A DNA stretch of 59,993 bases from Patescibacteria group bacterium (GTDB lineage Bacteria > Patescibacteriota > Minisyncoccia > Phycocordibacterales > UBA2100), in contig WFTK01000003.1 in assembly GCA_015485505.1 (NCBI GenBank), forward strand, positions 1 through 59,993. The letters are read 5' to 3'. Shown in pieces: positions 46,005 to 54,326 of this stretch. Under the pieces are notes generated by a model that saw nothing but the letters and a program-made list of their open reading frames with translations, was not told where the DNA came from and did not search any database. The position numbers were made by a program, and so were the translations under genes. How positions within the stretch are numbered: position 1 is the first letter of the stretch; each line of letters begins with the position of its first letter.

Positions 46005-46096
46005 AGTTTGAAGGTCTCACAAACAAATTTTAAAACCCTCTACCCCTAGCCGCCCACTGCCCCAGGTTTGAAAATTGTTTCCTCAACCTTCAAACT
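46005..46096 (-). ncRNA. Long imperfect hairpin with a conserved 25-nt loop, copy A (rplJ 5' region)
   Basis: Outer stem 46005-46015 AGTTTGAAGGT / 46086-46096 ACCTTCAAACT. Conserved core 46033-46071 is shared with 51.5 kb. Strand assignment is inferred from the flanking genes. Confidence 0.5.
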
Positions 46097-46231
46097 TAGG
46101 TACCATGGATGGCACTCACTTAATAATATTGGAGCTGCTCGACCACTCGGCACGACTGACATCTCTTTAGAGACGGCATGCTGTCTTCAGTCCAATACGG
46201 AGTATACTAACTGATTTTACTAAATAGTCAA

Positions 46232-47755
46232 TTAATATTCCTGTTTTGGGCGGTAGCTTAGGGCTTCTAGGATGTGGCTCTCTGTGATGTCCTCAGTATG
46301 CTCTATGTCGGCTATTGTGCGGGCTAGCTTGATTATCCTGTGGTAGGCGCGTGGGCTTAGGTCTAGCTTCTTAGCGCTTAAGTTAAGTACCTCTTGAGCG
46401 GGTTTTGACAGCTTTGCATGCTTGGCGATGTCTTTATTATTCATATGAGCATTTGGCTTGCCTCTTTTATTTTGTGCCACTCGCGCTTTTAGCACACTTT
46501 TTAGTGCCTCCTCACTCTGGCCTTGAGTGCCCTTTTGGTTTAGCTTCTCATGGGCTACTTGCCCCACCTCTATCCACATATCTATCCTGTCCATTATAGG
46601 GCCACTTATCTTTTGCTTATATCTACTTATCTCATGCATAGTACACTTACATTTATTACTCCCCAAGTAGCCACATGGGCACGGGTTAAGTGCTGCGATG
46701 AGTATAAACCGTGAGGGGAACTCGGCTGAGCCCTTGGCTCTACTAATAGTCACCACTCCATCTTCAAGAGGTTGGCGTAGAGCATTGATAACCTTCTTAT
46801 CAAACTCAGGGAACTCATCCATAAAGAGTACTCCGCGGTGCGCCAGTGTAACCTCGCCCGGCTTGGGGTATGAGCCCCCTCCTACCATAGATACATAACT
46901 AGCTGTGTGGTGTGGTGAGCGTATCTGCGGAGTTGTTATAAGTGGCTCAGAGAGAGTGCCAGATATAGAGTGTATGCTTGTGACCTCTAGCGCCTTATCA
47001 AAGCTCAGTGGTGGCAATATGCCTGCAAATGCTTTAGCAAGCATCGTCTTGCCTGTCCCTGGCGGGCCGTATAGTGCAATGTTGTGCCCTCCAGCAGCAG
47101 CTATGGTGAGCCCACGCTTGGCACCCTCTTGCTCAACTATGTCGTCAAAGGTTAGTTGGGGCGTGGTTTGTTGAGGTTTTATGCTTGTTGGCGGAGTTGG
47201 CTCTATAGCTTGCGACCTTATTGGTGAGTCGGCGATGTTAATGTGACGTATTACCTGCTCTAGCGACTCTGCGCCATAGACTGTGATATCGCTTACTAAA
47301 GCTGCCTCTGTAGCATTGTCACTAGGCACGAATATCTCTGTGTAGCCCGCCTCTTTAGCTGCTAGAGTGAGGGCCAGTGTGCCTGTTATGGGTCGCAATG
47401 AGCCATCTAACCCTAGCTCTCCTAAGAATATACGGTTAGCTGGCTCAAACTCTATCTCTTGTGCAGCTAGTAGATATGCCAGGGCTATTGGGAGGTCAAA
47501 TTGTGGTCCCTCCTTGCGCACACTTGCCGGGGCTAGTGAAACTACTACCTTTTTGTTGTTTTGTTTAGGTGGTTTATACCCAGTGTTTTTAATGGCGGCG
47601 CTTACTCTGCTACGTGCTTCGTCTACCGGTTTGTCTGCTAAGCCTACAACATTAAAAGAGTGCAGACCTTTAGATAAGTCTACCTCCACGTTAATAATGT
47701 ATGCATCTAATAAGTTAGTTTGAGCGCTATATACTCTAGAGAAGCTTGTTGCCAT
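46232..47755 (-). CDS. comM: ComM/YifB Mg-chelatase-like AAA+ protein
   Basis: Lon-like N-domain, Walker A GPPGTGKTMLA, Walker B VLFMDEFPEF, Cys cluster NPCPCGY...CKC. Confidence 0.9.
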   Translation of the reverse strand: MATSFSRVYSAQTNLLDAYIINVEVDLSKGLHSFNVVGLADKPVDEARSRVSAAIKNTGYKPPKQNNKKVVVSLAPASVRKEGPQFDLPIALAYLLAAQEIEFEPANRIFLGELGLDGSLRPITGTLALTLAAKEAGYTEIFVPSDNATEAALVSDITVYGAESLEQVIRHINIADSPIRSQAIEPTPPTSIKPQQTTPQLTFDDIVEQEGAKRGLTIAAAGGHNIALYGPPGTGKTMLAKAFAGILPPLSFDKALEVTSIHSISGTLSEPLITTPQIRSPHHTASYVSMVGGGSYPKPGEVTLAHRGVLFMDEFPEFDKKVINALRQPLEDGVVTISRAKGSAEFPSRFILIAALNPCPCGYLGSNKCKCTMHEISRYKQKISGPIMDRIDMWIEVGQVAHEKLNQKGTQGQSEEALKSVLKARVAQNKRGKPNAHMNNKDIAKHAKLSKPAQEVLNLSAKKLDLSPRAYHRIIKLARTIADIEHTEDITESHILEALSYRPKQEY

Positions 47756-47803
47756 AATATAGGCATTGTAGCACGTAATAGCAGAGAGTTGTTTGAAGTT
47801 GTT

Positions 47804-48157
47804 CTACTCCATACAGTGAGTGCATAGCGATGCAGCTGGGTTGGCGGCTAGGCGTGCCGAGTCTATCTCACCGCCGCACTTTGCGCATTTTCCGTAAGTA
47901 CCATCCTCTATACGCTTTAGTGCATCTTTAACATTCTTTAGTCTTATCTCTAACTCGTCTACTATTGCTTTATTAGCCTCTTGCTCTTCATCTGCATCTG
48001 CGAGATTGTTTAGGTCGGCAGTATTCATCTCGCTGGCGTTGGCTGTAGCCGTCCAGTCTGCGGGGTTAGTAGAGTTGAGCATACCAAGGTCAGTAAGCTC
48101 TAGCTCTAGGCGAGCCTCCTCTTGCTCTAGTTTTGCTTTAAACTCCTTAACATCCAT
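47804..48157 (-). CDS. TraR/DksA-family C4 zinc-finger protein
   Basis: Coiled-coil N-part and CAKCGGEIDSARLAANPAASLCTHC. Confidence 0.75.
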   Translation of the reverse strand: MDVKEFKAKLEQEEARLELELTDLGMLNSTNPADWTATANASEMNTADLNNLADADEEQEANKAIVDELEIRLKNVKDALKRIEDGTYGKCAKCGGEIDSARLAANPAASLCTHCME

Positions 48158-48225
48158 ATTAGTAGTATACTACTAAATACACAAAAATGCACTATGTAAA
48201 GTTAATCATGTGTATAATTTAATAA

Positions 48226-49296
48226 TTAAAGTTGTTGCAAGGCTGCTTTACGTATTTTGTATCTCTGAGATACTTCTCTTAGAGTATTAATGTTGTTGGT
48301 TATCAGTATAGTGTTGTCGTCTAAGAAGGAATATAAAAAGCGTATATTACCCTCGTCATCTCTCATGACTCGTGCATTTAAGTTTTCTACTTTTATATTA
48401 CTTGGTGTCCTAGAGAGTGACCTGCTACCAGGAGAGTTGAAGAATGGACGTAATTCTCTTTCCCCAACCTTCTCCCAGTCTAGTAGTGTAGCTAGAGCAT
48501 GCTCTGAAGATGTAGTTGTTAATAATATAAAAGGTGTATTGCGGTCGGCAACATGGAAGCCTACCATATACCTATCGGCTCTACCCATAAGACGTATAAA
48601 TTGGTCGTCTAGGGAGAGCCCAAATCGTATGGGTAATTCTTGTTGAGTTAATAGCCGACCGGTGTCTTTTATAGCAAATTGAGTCACAGACCCTAGAGTG
48701 GTATTAGACTCTAGCATAGCGTCATTTAATATTGAGAGCACTTTCCTGTTTGATAGGTCGGCTATGTCAACATTTATTCTATAGTCTGTAAATATCATTG
48801 ACTTATCGGCCACCATTGGCTTATTGGTAGCATTTTGTGTTACCAATTGTCTTTGGTATGCCGAGTAGGCTATATATATTGCAGACATTCCAAGTATTAG
48901 CATTAAGATACTCGAGATTATTAAGAACATCCTTGATACGCCGCCCTTAGGCTCAGCCTCTTTTGAACTTATGGTTATGAGCTCGTCCCCATCTTTTAGT
49001 GTCTTTTTGTCACTCTGCATAGCCATGGCTCGCACCATGGAGATTTTACGGTTTTTAACTAGGCTCTGCACATCCTCTTTATAAGTGTGGAGCATGGCAG
49101 ACTTGGCACTCAAACCACGACGCGGTTTAGTGTCTTTCTCTTTGTGTTTAATATCTTCCTTATCTGTGCTTTTAGCAGATTGAGGCTGAGTTATAGAGTC
49201 TAATTCTATGTTACTAGCCATTGGGTTAAGTGCTGCTTTAGGTGTTTTATCACCTGACGGTGGCTTATTTGTGTTGGGTGTCTCCTTGTTGTCCAT
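48226..49296 (-). CDS. Single-pass membrane protein, unknown function
   Basis: Basic/polar N-part, TM FLIISSILMLILGMSAIYIAY. Overlaps the pnp 3' end by 32 nt; alternative start ATG 49221. Confidence 0.5.
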   Translation of the reverse strand: MDNKETPNTNKPPSGDKTPKAALNPMASNIELDSITQPQSAKSTDKEDIKHKEKDTKPRRGLSAKSAMLHTYKEDVQSLVKNRKISMVRAMAMQSDKKTLKDGDELITISSKEAEPKGGVSRMFLIISSILMLILGMSAIYIAYSAYQRQLVTQNATNKPMVADKSMIFTDYRINVDIADLSNRKVLSILNDAMLESNTTLGSVTQFAIKDTGRLLTQQELPIRFGLSLDDQFIRLMGRADRYMVGFHVADRNTPFILLTTTSSEHALATLLDWEKVGERELRPFFNSPGSRSLSRTPSNIKVENLNARVMRDDEGNIRFLYSFLDDNTILITNNINTLREVSQRYKIRKAALQQL

Positions 49297-51466
49297 GATT
49301 GTTACTTGATGGCTTTAGACCCTTACGCTCTGCGAACTCAGGGTCAGCATCTTTGATAGATAAATCTATCTTTTGTTTGCCACCCATCTCTTTGATTTCT
49401 TTAATTATAACATTAACCTTCTCTCCCTCAGCTAGGGCATCAGAGACATTGTTGATACGGAAGGGGGCTATCTCAGAGATATGCACCAAGCCCTCCGTAC
49501 CTGGAGCAATACGCACAAATGCGCCGAAGTCTAGGATCTTTACTACCTCTCCCTCAAACTTCTCACCCACTGCATACTCGTGTGTAAGCTCTTCTATCTT
49601 ACTTTTAGCAAGCTCAGCGCTACCATTCTTGCCAGTGATGTAAATCGTGCCATCGTCTTCTATAGTTATCTCATCTACTCCAGTCTCATCTTTAAGTCCA
49701 TTTATCGTCTCACCTCCCTTGCCTATTACTAACCCTATCTGGTCTTCTTTGATTGTCATTGAGAGTATCTGTGGCGCGCGCGGACTAATATTTGCGCGCG
49801 GCTCGGCTATGGCCTTGTGCATTACCTCGAGTATCTGCAGTCGCGCTGTCTTGGCTTGCTCTATACCCTCTTTAAGTACCTCTACTGGCACACCATCAAC
49901 TTTAACATCCATTTGTATTGCAGTGATGCCGTCTTTAGTGCCGGCAACTTTAAAGTCCATATCACCAAAGTGATCTTCAGGTCCTTGTATATCTGTAAGT
50001 ATCTTATAGCGATAGTCTTGATCTCCAGGGTTACCCATACTCATCATACCCATAGCTATGCCGGCTACCGGATTCTTAATAGGTACTCCTGCATCCATAA
50101 GTGCTAGGGTTGAGCCACATACACTGGCTTGAGAGCTAGAGCCGTTGCTTGCCATTGTCTCACTTACTATACGTATTGTGTAAGGGAATTCCTCTTTACT
50201 TGGCAATACCGGTACAAGGGCCTTCTCTGCCAAGGCGCCGTGACCTACCATGCGTCTGTTGAATCCACCTACACGCCCCGTCTCCCCAACAGAGTATGGT
50301 GGGAAGTTGTAAAAGTGCATATAACGCTTTGAGCCATCTTGTGTCTCTATAGTGTCTATGAGCTGTGCATCGTCTGGTGAGCCGAGTGTAAGAGCAGAGA
50401 ATACGTGTGTACCTCCACGGTAGAAGATACCTGTGCCATGTATCATCTCACTCACTCCCCCGGCCTGAGCATAGAGCGGGCGGAGCTCGTCCATTGCTCG
50501 GCCGTCTTGGCGTTTGTCGTTGTCTAATGCCTCTGTGTGCACTACCTCGTCCACCATCTGCTCAAAGTAGTCGTCTGCATTTTGTATCTCTCCTGCAAAC
50601 TCCTCTCTCTCTTTAACTATACTCATCCACTCGTCTTTAAGAGCGTATGCCCCTTTCTCTCCAAAGACGTACTCTGTCATCTTTGGCATTATCTCCGCCT
50701 CAAACAGGGCTTTAAGCTCATCGCTTGGCTTTGGTGTTATTATCTCTACCTTCTCTTTACCTATTTCCTCTATTATCTTGTGTTGCCACTCTTGGAGCTT
50801 ATTTGTCTCGCTAGCCGCTAGCTCTAATGCCTTGCCGATAGTCTCCTCAGTTGCTTCTTTAGCGCCAACCTCTACCATATTTATATTGCCGTCTTTACCA
50901 CAGGCTAAGAGGTCTAGCTCCTCACTCTCTGCTGTGCGTTGAGAGTAGTTGGGGTTGATTATAAAGTTTTCATCTCCATTAACCCTACCAATACGCACGG
51001 CGCTCACTGGCCCTGCCCAAGGTATGTCGCTTGTACCAAGCGCAAGGCTGGCACCTATTACCCCCAATACATCTGGGTCCTCCTCGTCTATTGCTAACAC
51101 AGTGGCTATTACTTGTATATCTCGGCGCATAGATTGGTCAAATAGTGGTCTAATGGTGCGGTCTATCACGCGCGCGCTGAGCACGGCCTCCTCGCTTGGC
51201 ATGCCCTCTTTCTTACGGAATCTGCCACCAAGGATTGCTCCTGCTGCGTAGAACTTCTCTTCAAACTCCACAGAGAGCGGGAACCAGCTTTGCCCCTCCT
51301 TCTCTCTGCCCATCACGGCCGTAACCATCACGGCGGTGTTGCCATATCGGATTATTACAGAGCCATTTGCTTGGTCTGTTAGGTTAGTAAATTGTGCGGT
51401 AAGTGTCTTACCCCCCACCTCTATGCTATACTCTTTTAGTACTATACTCTTAGGGAATGCTTCCAT
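49265..51466 (-). CDS. pnp: Polyribonucleotide nucleotidyltransferase (PNPase)
   Basis: Two RNase PH domains, KH (VIGKGGETINGL) and S1 (GAFVRIAPGTEGLVHISE). Confidence 0.95.
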   Translation of the reverse strand: MEAFPKSIVLKEYSIEVGGKTLTAQFTNLTDQANGSVIIRYGNTAVMVTAVMGREKEGQSWFPLSVEFEEKFYAAGAILGGRFRKKEGMPSEEAVLSARVIDRTIRPLFDQSMRRDIQVIATVLAIDEEDPDVLGVIGASLALGTSDIPWAGPVSAVRIGRVNGDENFIINPNYSQRTAESEELDLLACGKDGNINMVEVGAKEATEETIGKALELAASETNKLQEWQHKIIEEIGKEKVEIITPKPSDELKALFEAEIMPKMTEYVFGEKGAYALKDEWMSIVKEREEFAGEIQNADDYFEQMVDEVVHTEALDNDKRQDGRAMDELRPLYAQAGGVSEMIHGTGIFYRGGTHVFSALTLGSPDDAQLIDTIETQDGSKRYMHFYNFPPYSVGETGRVGGFNRRMVGHGALAEKALVPVLPSKEEFPYTIRIVSETMASNGSSSQASVCGSTLALMDAGVPIKNPVAGIAMGMMSMGNPGDQDYRYKILTDIQGPEDHFGDMDFKVAGTKDGITAIQMDVKVDGVPVEVLKEGIEQAKTARLQILEVMHKAIAEPRANISPRAPQILSMTIKEDQIGLVIGKGGETINGLKDETGVDEITIEDDGTIYITGKNGSAELAKSKIEELTHEYAVGEKFEGEVVKILDFGAFVRIAPGTEGLVHISEIAPFRINNVSDALAEGEKVNVIIKEIKEMGGKQKIDLSIKDADPEFAERKGLKPSSNNHGQQGDTQHK

Positions 51467-51495
51467 ATTGTTATTTTTATTATGTTCTTTAGGGA

Positions 51496-51587
51496 GGTCC
51501 GAGCTATTTCATAAACAAAACTCAAACCCTCTACCCCTAGCCGCCCACTGCCCCGGGTTTGAGTTTTATTTACTCATATCTCGGACC
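51496..51587 (-). ncRNA. Long imperfect hairpin with a conserved 25-nt loop, copy B (pnp 5' region)
   Basis: Outer stem 51496-51503 GGTCCGAG / 51580-51587 CTCGGACC. Inner 13-bp stem 51517-51529 / 51555-51567. Loop TCTACCCCTAGCCGCCCACTGCCCC. Confidence 0.5.
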
Positions 51588-51688
51588 AAGCGTACCGCAT
51601 TGATAAAGAACTTTAGAGCTTGCAGAATCCAGAACTGAACACCTAAAGGTTCAATGCTGTATCTGCAAACTCGCTTATAATAAACTTG

Positions 51689-51697
51689 AGTATACCA
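51689..51697 (-). promoter_or_regulatory. Extended -10 TGGTATACT (minus strand), candidate pnp promoter
   Basis: Reverse complement of AGTATACCA at 51689-51697. Implies a ~215-nt pnp leader. Confidence 0.4.
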
Positions 51698-51733
51698 GAG
51701 TGCCGTACTTTTACAAAAGACGCTAAATGTTTG

Positions 51734-52162
51734 TTATTTTGAAGTTGTGCTTTTTATGTACTTTTTGCTTAAGATGTAGAATACGATTACTTCAGTTATA
51801 AAGAATGCTATGTTAATAGCATTGATATTGATTACTTTAGTTTTTAGTAAATCTATTAATATAAAACTTCCGCTACCGATAATTAAAAATATTGTTGAGA
51901 GCTTCACAATCTTGTCTTTATTTTTTACTACGTATGTTTTATTGATATAACTTGCAGAGTATATAACCCCAAGCCAGACACTTATAACCCCTATTACATT
52001 TGTGAAGTATATTACGGGCCCATTACTTGCAAGAAGTTTTAATAATACAGGTAATGCAATCAAACCAATTACAAACGGTATAGCAAAACCAGCGGTAAGG
52101 TAATGAGTTAGTGCAATGTACCAGTCTTTAGATTGCTTTTTGTCTTTTGTTTTAGAATCCAT
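51734..52162 (-). CDS. Small four-TM membrane protein, unknown function
   Basis: 142 aa with four hydrophobic helices. Confidence 0.5.
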   Translation of the reverse strand: MDSKTKDKKQSKDWYIALTHYLTAGFAIPFVIGLIALPVLLKLLASNGPVIYFTNVIGVISVWLGVIYSASYINKTYVVKNKDKIVKLSTIFLIIGSGSFILIDLLKTKVININAINIAFFITEVIVFYILSKKYIKSTTSK

Positions 52163-52231
52163 ATTTTTTATAAAGTTAAGTAATTATTGAATACTAGTCT
52201 CTTTAGTATTTTTTGTCAATCTCTTTTTTAC

Positions 52232-52768
52232 CTACTTTTTACGAGAAGTCACTTTATTGCGGTGGTTGCCTATTAGATATCGTTTCTTATCTTGACCCAT
52301 GTCTATAAAGTCGTCTGCAGTTTCCTTAAGCATCCCCGAGCTACTGCGAGCAAAGCTTATGACCTCTACTTGGCACTCTTGCGCTTGTAAGTACTTAACG
52401 AGAGGTACAAAGTCGCCATCTCCAGTGGCTAGCACTACGGCATCTATCTTCTGTGCTATGGCTATGGCGTCTATTGCTAGGCCTACATCCCAGTCGGCCT
52501 TCTTAGCCCCACCGGCGAAGATCTGTATGTCTTTAGTCTTGATGTCTATACCGAGTTTCTCCAGAGCCTCAAAGAAGGGTTGCTCCTCCCCTCCCTCGGT
52601 GTTTACTACATAGGCTTTGGCTCTTATTAGTTGCCTGCCTGCTACGGCGTCTTCAAGGAGATTCTTAAAGTTAACCTTGGCTCCGTAGAGATTCTTGGCG
52701 CTGTGGTATAGGTTTTGTGTGTCTATAAACACGGCAACACGTTGCTGTGGGTGTTTTGTTACTGTCAT
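52232..52768 (-). CDS. NYN-domain (LabA/DUF88-like) putative RNase
   Basis: VAVFIDTQNLYHSAKNLYG and ATGDGDFVPLVKYLQ, the acidic residues typical of the NYN/PIN-like fold. Confidence 0.7.
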   Translation of the reverse strand: MTVTKHPQQRVAVFIDTQNLYHSAKNLYGAKVNFKNLLEDAVAGRQLIRAKAYVVNTEGGEEQPFFEALEKLGIDIKTKDIQIFAGGAKKADWDVGLAIDAIAIAQKIDAVVLATGDGDFVPLVKYLQAQECQVEVISFARSSSGMLKETADDFIDMGQDKKRYLIGNHRNKVTSRKK

Positions 52769-52817
52769 TATTTATATTATATAGTATTTTGGTAAAAGTT
52801 ATTACGATTACGTAACT

Positions 52818-52934
52818 CTACAAAACTAAACTACCCAGGGGTTCACCATATTTTTACTGCGGTAAAAATTGGCTCTGCTCGCCGGCATTAACGATGCCGT
52901 CTGCGCAAGACCCCGTGGTTAGTTTGTTTTATAG
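52818..52934. repeat. Structured three-way-junction repeat, copy 1
   Basis: Core AAACTACCCAGGGGTTCACC...CCCCGTGGTTAGTTT. Extended closing stem CTACAAAAC / GTTTTATAG. Lies 29 nt after the rpsO stop. Confidence 0.8.
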
Positions 52935-52962
52935 ATTTACTGAGAGTCCGTAAAAAGCAATA

Positions 52963-53232
52963 TTACTTCTTAAGACCAAGAGTCTTTATAAGCTCCGTGT
53001 AAGTGTTTGAGTCTTTACGCTCTAGATACTTAAGGTGCTTGCGGCGGTCGGCTACCATCTGTAGTAAACCACGGCGTGAGTGATTGTCTTTGTGATTTGC
53101 CTTAAGGTGAGCTGCGAGCTTGTCTATCTTCTTAGAGAGTATTGATACTTGCACACCAGCAGAGCCAGTGTCACTTTCATGCTTTTGACCTTTCTTTATT
53201 GCTGCTGTTTTTACTCTTTTTGTTAATGTCAT
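52963..53232 (-). CDS. rpsO: 30S ribosomal protein S15
   Basis: ...DTGSAGVQVSILSKKIDKLAAHLKANHKDNHSRRGLLQMVADRRKHLKYL... Confidence 0.95.
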   Translation of the reverse strand: MTLTKRVKTAAIKKGQKHESDTGSAGVQVSILSKKIDKLAAHLKANHKDNHSRRGLLQMVADRRKHLKYLERKDSNTYTELIKTLGLKK

Positions 53233-53287
53233 ATGATTATCGTGACTTAATGCGCGCGATTATACAATATATTAGCCACCAATGCAA

Positions 53288-53319
53288 GCCCACACACCTT
53301 TAATCAAAGGTGTGTGGGC
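53288..53319. promoter_or_regulatory. Perfect 14-bp inverted repeat between the divergent rpsO and xerC/D promoters
   Basis: GCCCACACACCTTT-AATC-AAAGGTGTGTGGGC. No U-run on either side. Confidence 0.5.
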
Positions 53320-53346
53320 AAGTTCCTGCCATGGGTTAGTTATTGG

Positions 53347-53355
53347 TGTTATAAT
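53347..53355 (+). promoter_or_regulatory. Extended -10 TGTTATAAT, 7 nt before the recombinase ATG
   Basis: TGnTATAAT-N7-ATG(53363). Confidence 0.55.
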
Positions 53356-53362
53356 AATATTA

Positions 53363-54280
53363 ATGCAAAGTTTACAAGATCTTAAGCAGGAGTACTTAGA
53401 ATATTTAGAGATTGAGCGTGGGCGAGCTGCGCGGACTGTTGCTAATTATGATCAATATTTGGTGAGGTATCTTGACTACTCTGGAGTAGAGAAGCCAAAA
53501 GATATTACAGAGCAGTCAGTACGTGAGTATCGCCTGTGGCTTAATAGGCAAATTGGTACTGATGGTGACACTCTTAAGAAGAACACACAGAATTATCACC
53601 TCATAGCTCTGCGCTCATTCTTAAAATACCTTCGTAAGAGAGATATTAAGTGCCTAGCGCCAGACAAAATAGAGCTTGCCAAGCTTGGAGACAGAGATCT
53701 GGATCTAATAACTTATGATGAACTCAAGCGTCTACTTGAGGCTCCGAGGAGGGGCGAGGATAAAGATTCTATTAAGGCCCTGAGAGACTCGGCAATATTG
53801 CACACGCTATTTTCTACAGGTTTACGCGTTTCTGAGTTGTGCTCTGTGGATAGAGATTTAGACCTTACTCGTGATGAGTTCTCTGTGCGGGGCAAAGGCT
53901 CTAAGGTGCGCGTTGTCTTCCTCTCACCTGCTGCTAAGATTGCTATCAAGCTCTATCTTGCGGCTCGTAAAGATATGGATGAGGCGATGTTCATCTCCCT
54001 AGCTAAGGGTGCGGAGGAGAGCGGAGATATGCGTCTTACACCCCGCTCTGTAGAGAGGATAGTCAAGAAGCGAGCTGTTGAGGCCGGTATTAGCAAAAAG
54101 GTTACCCCGCATGTTATACGTCATAGCTTTGCTACTGATTTATTAGAAGGTGGTGCAGACCTGCGCGCTGTGCAGGCACTCTTGGGCCATGCCAACATAT
54201 CTACTACGCAGGTGTATACTCATGTGACAGATAAACACCTTAAGGATGTGCATAAGGCCTTTCATAATCGCAAGCGATAA
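53363..54280 (+). CDS. xerC: Tyrosine recombinase, XerC/XerD family
   Basis: N-terminal SAM-like domain (YLEYLEIERGRAARTVANY). Catalytic R..HxxR..Y: GLRVSEL, IRHSFATDLL, LGHANISTTQVYTHV. Start at ATG 53363. Confidence 0.85.
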   Translation: MQSLQDLKQEYLEYLEIERGRAARTVANYDQYLVRYLDYSGVEKPKDITEQSVREYRLWLNRQIGTDGDTLKKNTQNYHLIALRSFLKYLRKRDIKCLAPDKIELAKLGDRDLDLITYDELKRLLEAPRRGEDKDSIKALRDSAILHTLFSTGLRVSELCSVDRDLDLTRDEFSVRGKGSKVRVVFLSPAAKIAIKLYLAARKDMDEAMFISLAKGAEESGDMRLTPRSVERIVKKRAVEAGISKKVTPHVIRHSFATDLLEGGADLRAVQALLGHANISTTQVYTHVTDKHLKDVHKAFHNRKR

Positions 54281-54310
54281 GCTCGTCTCTGTGTAGTCTT
54301 TGTAAGATTG

Positions 54311-54319
54311 TGATATTAT
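54311..54319 (+). promoter_or_regulatory. Extended -10 TGATATTAT, 7 nt before the xth ATG
   Basis: TGnTATTAT-N7-ATG(54327). Confidence 0.55.
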
Positions 54320-54326
54320 CTAGTAT

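Noticed and set aside
52818-52934. The three-copy element as 5S rRNA, a hammerhead/twister-type ribozyme or a guanidine-I (ykkC) riboswitch
   Set aside because: It is a ~117-nt three-way junction like 5S rRNA but lacks the conserved CCGAAC/GAAGUGAAAC/GAUGGUAGU blocks and any rRNA operon context. Its junctions (UUCA, CUCUGCU, CAAGA) lack CUGANGA/GAAA. AGGGGUUCACCG only superficially recalls the ykkC UAGGGUUCCGG, and all copies lie 3' of genes rather than in 5' UTRs.
53282-53362. N-terminal 27 codons of the tracked recombinase ORF
   Set aside because: They translate the 14-bp palindrome and promoter region. The conserved Xer N-terminus begins at ATG 53363, which has the TGnTATAAT-N7 arrangement.
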